Of a stretch of DNA of 12,103 bases, positions 7,458 through 12,103 are shown one piece after another. Below the pieces are notes generated by a model. That model had not been told where the DNA came from. It searched no databases and saw only the letters and a program-made list of their open reading frames with translations. A program made the position numbers and the translations under genes. Position 1 is the stretch's first letter. Each line of letters begins with the position of its first letter. The stretch comes from Marsupella aquatica (Eukaryota > Plantae > Marchantiophyta). The stretch spans positions 23,634,826 through 23,646,928 of the forward strand of contig OZ316897.1 in assembly GCA_973895155.1 (NCBI GenBank), given 5' to 3'.

Positions 7458-8032
7458 TTGGGGGTGTAACGAGCTGGGGGTGAGGGTGGGGGAGGGGTTC
7501 CATGGGGGTTGAGGGTGAGGGTGGCCCCCAGTTTTGGGGGTGCGTGCACATGGGGGCCTGTGCAACCCTAATTGAGCATTGGGGGTGTAACGAGCTGGGG
7601 GTGAGGGTGGGGGAGGGGTTCCATGGGGGTTGAGGGTGAGGGTGGCCCCCAGTTTTGGGGGTGCGTGCACATGGGGGCGTGTGCAACCCTACTGTAGCAT
7701 TGGGGGTGTAACGAGCAGGGGGTGAGGGAGGGGGAGGGGTTCCATGGGGGTTGAGGGTGAGGGTGGCCCCCAGTTTTGGGGGTGCGTGCACATGGGGGCG
7801 TGTGCAACCCTAATTGAGCATTGGGGGTGTAACGAGCTGGGGGTGAGGGAGGGGGAGGGGTTCCATGGGGGTTGAGGGTGAGGGTGGCCCCCAATTTTGG
7901 GGGTGCGTGCACATGGGGGCGTGTGCAACCCTAATGTAGCATTGGGGGTGTAACGAGCTGGGGGTGAGGGTGGGGGAGGGGTTCCATGGGGGTTGAGGGT
8001 GAGGGTGGCCCCCAGTTTTGGGGGTGCGTGCA
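7458..8032 (+). repeat. 121-bp monomer sub-array (unit 7)
   Basis: 4 full copies + truncated copy. Confidence 0.97.
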
Positions 8033-8285
8033 TTGGGGGTGAGGATGGTCAAGATTGGGGGTGAATCACCCCCAATGTATGCATACTAGGAGTGAGTCCA
8101 CGCTCCTATCGCGACGAGGTGATCACAACTAGGGGTACGAGTAGTTGGCTTTTTATGTAATTTTGACTTTTTTAAAGTATTGGTAAAACGTTTCATTTTG
8201 GTGGATTTGCGCAAATAGCACGTTTTGGAACGTTACGTGCTCGCCTAGCACGTTTTTTTGACAAGTATAGCAAAAAGAAAAAAAA

Positions 8286-8329
8286 GGGTTAGCGTTTAGG
8301 GTTTAGGGTTTATGGTTTAGGGTTTACAG
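8286..8329 (+). repeat. Degenerate (TTTAGGG)n tract
   Basis: Copy of 997-1040. Confidence 0.9.
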
Positions 8330-8512
8330 TGTCATCCCCAGTTTTCACATGTGGCATACCAGTTTTTTAAGTACTGGTATGATTATTGAATATTGGGGGT
8401 GAGTTTGACCCCGAGTTTGTTGTGTGCGCATTTTGGAGGGGCTAGGGGTGGGGGTACCCCGCAATTTTCGGGGTGCGTGTACCAGGGGGCGAGTGCCACC
8501 CTACTGTAGCTT

Positions 8513-9087
8513 TTGGGGGTGTAACGAGCTGGGGGTGAGGGTGGGGGAGGGGTTCCATGGGGGTTGAGGGTGAGGGTGGCCCCCAGTTTTGGGGGTGCGT
8601 GCACATGGGGGCGTGTGCAACCCTAATTGAGCATTGGGGGTGTAACGAGCTGGGGGTGAGGGTGGGGGAGGGGTTCCATGGGGGTTGAGGGTGAGGATGG
8701 CCCCCAGTTTTGGGGGTGCGTGCACATGGGGGCGTGTGCAACCCTACTGTAGCATTGGGGGTGTAACGAGCTGGGGGTGAGGGTGGGGGAGGGGTTCCAT
8801 GGGGGTTGAGGGTGAGGGTGGCCCCCAGTTTTGGGGGTGCGTGCACATGGGGGCGTGTGCAACCCTAATTGAGCATTGGGGGTGTAACGAGCTGGGGGTG
8901 AGGGTGGGGGAGGGGTTCCATGGGGGTTGAGGGTGAGGATGGCCCCCAGTTTTGGGGGTGCGTGCACATGGGGGCCTGTGCAACCCTAATGTAGCATTGG
9001 GGGTGTAACGAGCTGGGGGTGAGGGTGGGGGAGGGGTTCCATGGGGGTTGAGGGTGAGGGTGGCCCCCAGTTTTGGGGGTGCGTGCA
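8513..9087 (+). repeat. 121-bp monomer sub-array (unit 8)
   Basis: 4 full copies + truncated copy. Confidence 0.97.
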
Positions 9088-9340
9088 TTGGGGGTGAGGA
9101 TGGTCAAGATTGGGGGTGAATCACCCCCAATGTATGCATACTAGGAGTGAGTCCACGCTCCTATCGCGACGAGGTGATCACAACTAGGGGTACGAGTAGT
9201 TGGCTTTTTATGTAATTTTGACTTTTTTAAAGTATTGGTAAAACGTTTCATTTTGGTGGATTTGCGCAAATAGCACGTTTTGGAACGTTACGTGCTCGCC
9301 TAGCACGTTTTTTTGACAAGTATAGCAAAAAGAAAAAAAA

Positions 9341-9384
9341 GGGTTAGCGTTTAGGGTTTAGGGTTTATGGTTTAGGGTTTACAG
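9341..9384 (+). repeat. Degenerate (TTTAGGG)n tract
   Basis: Copy of 997-1040. Confidence 0.9.
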
Positions 9385-9567
9385 TGTCATCCCCAGTTTT
9401 CACATGTGGCATACCAGTTTTTTAAGTACTGGTATGATTATTGAATATTGGGGGTGAGTTTGACCCCCAGTTTGTTGTGTGCGCATTTTGGAGGGGCTAG
9501 GGGTGGGGGTACCCCGCAATTTTCGGGGTGCGTGTACCAGGGGGCGAGTGCCACCCTACTGTAGCTT

Positions 9568-10142
9568 TTGGGGGTGTAACGAGCTGGGGGTGAGGGTGGG
9601 GGAGGGGTTCCATGGGGGTTGAGGGTGAGGGTGGCCCCCAGTTTTGGGGGTGCGTGCACATGGGGGCCTGTGCAACCCTAATTGAGCATTGGGGGTGTAA
9701 CGAGCTGGGGGTGAGGGTGGGGGAGGGGTTCCATGGGGGTTGAGGGTGAGGGTGGCCCCCAGTTTTGGGGGTGCGTGCACATGGGGGCGTGTGCAACCCT
9801 ACTGTAGCATTGGGGGTGTAACGAGCAGGGGGTGAGGGAGGGGGAGGGGTTCCATGGGGGTTGAGGGTGAGGGTGGCCCCCAGTTTTGGGGGTGCGTGCA
9901 CATGGGGGCGTGTGCAACCCTAATTGAGCATTGGGGGTGTAACGAGCTGGGGGTGAGGGAGGGGGAGGGGTTCCATGGGGGTTGAGGGTGAGGGTGGCCC
10001 CCAATTTTGGGGGTGCGTGCACATGGGGGCGTGTGCAACCCTAATGTAGCATTGGGGGTGTAACGAGCTGGGGGTGAGGGTGGGGGAGGGGTTCCATGGG
10101 GGTTGAGGGTGAGGGTGGCCCCCAGTTTTGGGGGTGCGTGCA
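9568..10142 (+). repeat. 121-bp monomer sub-array (unit 9)
   Basis: 4 full copies + truncated copy. Confidence 0.97.
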
Positions 10143-10395
10143 TTGGGGGTGAGGATGGTCAAGATTGGGGGTGAATCACCCCCAATGTATGCATACTAGG
10201 AGTGAGTCCACGCTCCTATCGCGACGAGGTGATCACAACTAGGGGTACGAGTAGTTGGCTTTTTATGTAATTTTGACTTTTTTAAAGTATTGGTAAAACG
10301 TTTCATTTTGGTGGATTTGCGCAAATAGCACGTTTTGGAACGTTACGTGCTCGCCTAGCACGTTTTTTTGACAAGTATAGCAAAAAGAAAAAAAA

Positions 10396-10439
10396 GGGTT
10401 AGCGTTTAGGGTTTAGGGTTTATGGTTTAGGGTTTACAG
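10396..10439 (+). repeat. Degenerate (TTTAGGG)n tract
   Basis: Copy of 997-1040. Confidence 0.9.
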
Positions 10440-10622
10440 TGTCATCCCCAGTTTTCACATGTGGCATACCAGTTTTTTAAGTACTGGTATGATTATTGAA
10501 TATTGGGGGTGAGTTTGACCCCGAGTTTGTTGTGTGCGCATTTTGGAGGGGCTAGGGGTGGGGGTACCCCGCAATTTTCGGGGTGCGTGTACCAGGGGGC
10601 GAGTGCCACCCTACTGTAGCTT

Positions 10623-11197
10623 TTGGGGGTGTAACGAGCTGGGGGTGAGGGTGGGGGAGGGGTTCCATGGGGGTTGAGGGTGAGGGTGGCCCCCAGTTTT
10701 GGGGGTGCGTGCACATGGGGGCGTGTGCAACCCTAATTGAGCATTGGGGGTGTAACGAGCTGGGGGTGAGGGTGGGGGAGGGGTTCCATGGGGGTTGAGG
10801 GTGAGGATGGCCCCCAGTTTTGGGGGTGCGTGCACATGGGGGCGTGTGCAACCCTACTGTAGCATTGGGGGTGTAACGAGCTGGGGGTGAGGGTGGGGGA
10901 GGGGTTCCATGGGGGTTGAGGGTGAGGGTGGCCCCCAGTTTTGGGGGTGCGTGCACATGGGGGCGTGTGCAACCCTAATTGAGCATTGGGGGTGTAACGA
11001 GCTGGGGGTGAGGGTGGGGGAGGGGTTCCATGGGGGTTGAGGGTGAGGATGGCCCCCAGTTTTGGGGGTGCGTGCACATGGGGGCCTGTGCAACCCTAAT
11101 GTAGCATTGGGGGTGTAACGAGCTGGGGGTGAGGGTGGGGGAGGGGTTCCATGGGGGTTGAGGGTGAGGGTGGCCCCCAGTTTTGGGGGTGCGTGCA
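10623..11197 (+). repeat. 121-bp monomer sub-array (unit 10)
   Basis: 4 full copies + truncated copy. Confidence 0.97.
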
Positions 11198-11450
11198 TTG
11201 GGGGTGAGGATGGTCAAGATTGGGGGTGAATCACCCCCAATGTATGCATACTAGGAGTGAGTCCACGCTCCTATCGCGACGAGGTGATCACAACTAGGGG
11301 TACGAGTAGTTGGCTTTTTATGTAATTTTGACTTTTTTAAAGTATTGGTAAAACGTTTCATTTTGGTGGATTTGCGCAAATAGCACGTTTTGGAACGTTA
11401 CGTGCTCGCCTAGCACGTTTTTTTGACAAGTATAGCAAAAAGAAAAAAAA

Positions 11451-11494
11451 GGGTTAGCGTTTAGGGTTTAGGGTTTATGGTTTAGGGTTTACAG
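11451..11494 (+). repeat. Degenerate (TTTAGGG)n tract
   Basis: Copy of 997-1040. Confidence 0.9.
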
Positions 11495-11509
11495 TGTCAT
11501 CCCCAGTTT

Positions 11510-12103
11510 TCACATGTGGCATACCAGTTTTTTAAGTACTGGTATGATTATTGAATATTGGGGGTGAGTTTGACCCCCAGTTTGTTGTGTGCGCATTTTG
11601 GAGGGGCTAGGGGTGGGGGTACCCCGCAATTTTCGGGGTGCGTGTACCAGGGGGCGAGTGCCACCCTACTGTAGCTTTTGGGGGTGTAACGAGCTGGGGG
11701 TGAGGGTGGGGGAGGGGTTCCATGGGGGTTGAGGGTGAGGGTGGCCCCCAGTTTTGGGGGTGCGTGCACATGGGGGCCTGTGCAACCCTAATTGAGCATT
11801 GGGGGTGTAACGAGCTGGGGGTGAGGGTGGGGGAGGGGTTCCATGGGGGTTGAGGGTGAGGGTGGCCCCCAGTTTTGGGGGTGCGTGCACATGGGGGCGT
11901 GTGCAACCCTACTGTAGCATTGGGGGTGTAACGAGCAGGGGGTGAGGGAGGGGGAGGGGTTCCATGGGGGTTGAGGGTGAGGGTGGCCCCCAGTTTTGGG
12001 GGTGCGTGCACATGGGGGCGTGTGCAACCCTAATTGAGCATTGGGGGTGTAACGAGCTGGGGGTGAGGGAGGGGGAGGGGTTCCATGGGGGTTGAGGGTG
12101 AGG
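11510..12103 (+). repeat. Unit 11, type A, cut by window edge
   Basis: A-diagnostic variants; ends inside monomer 4. Confidence 0.96.
11678..12103 (+). repeat. 121-bp monomer sub-array (unit 11, incomplete)
   Basis: 3 full copies + part of a fourth. Confidence 0.96.

Larger units (their letters stand above)
7290..8344 (+). repeat. Unit 7, type A
   Basis: A-diagnostic variants; 1,055 bp. Confidence 0.97.
8345..9399 (+). repeat. Unit 8, type B
   Basis: B-diagnostic variants; 1,055 bp. Confidence 0.97.
9400..10454 (+). repeat. Unit 9, type A
   Basis: A-diagnostic variants; 1,055 bp. Confidence 0.97.
10455..11509 (+). repeat. Unit 10, type B
   Basis: B-diagnostic variants; 1,055 bp. Confidence 0.97.
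1..12103 (+). repeat. Higher-order tandem repeat array (1,055-bp units alternating A/B = 2,110-bp HOR); probable telomere-associated satellite
   Basis: Anchor TCACATGTGGCATACCAG recurs at 1, 1056, 2102, 3157, 5180, 6235, 7290, 8345, 9400, 10455, 11510. Spacings are 1055, 1046, 1055, 2023, then 1055 x6. The array runs off both window edges. Confidence 0.99.

Noticed and set aside
39-12027. Pro/His-rich minus-strand ORFs (72-134 aa) resembling extensins
   Set aside because: The monomer length of 121 is not a multiple of 3, so overlapping ORFs appear in all three frames and end at the same repeat-encoded stop about every third monomer. Proline richness simply reflects the C-runs, and there is no recognisable domain.

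Overview
The whole 12,103-bp window is one non-coding, head-to-tail tandem array with nested periodicities: a 121-bp G-rich monomer, a 242-bp monomer-pair pattern, a 1,055-bp unit and a 2,110-bp A/B higher-order repeat. There are 10 complete units plus a partial 11th, starting at 1, 1056, 2102, 3157, 5180, 6235, 7290, 8345, 9400, 10455 and 11510. A standard unit contains one degenerate monomer, four full monomers and one truncated monomer. These are followed by a spacer holding a chain of abutting palindromes, an AT-rich ACGT-motif segment, an A-tract and a short degenerate (TTTAGGG)n telomere-type tract on the same strand as the G-rich monomers. Unit 4 is expanded by exactly 8 monomers (968 bp) and is a mosaic of A- and B-type variants. 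Unit 2 carries about 10 indels and no extra substitutions, which is probably long-read error. The best reading (inference) is a eukaryotic telomere-associated or subtelomeric satellite from a TTTAGGG-telomere lineage. The organism cannot be identified from the sequence. All listed ORFs are by-products of the C-rich strand, and I find no credible gene, CRISPR array or RNA gene.
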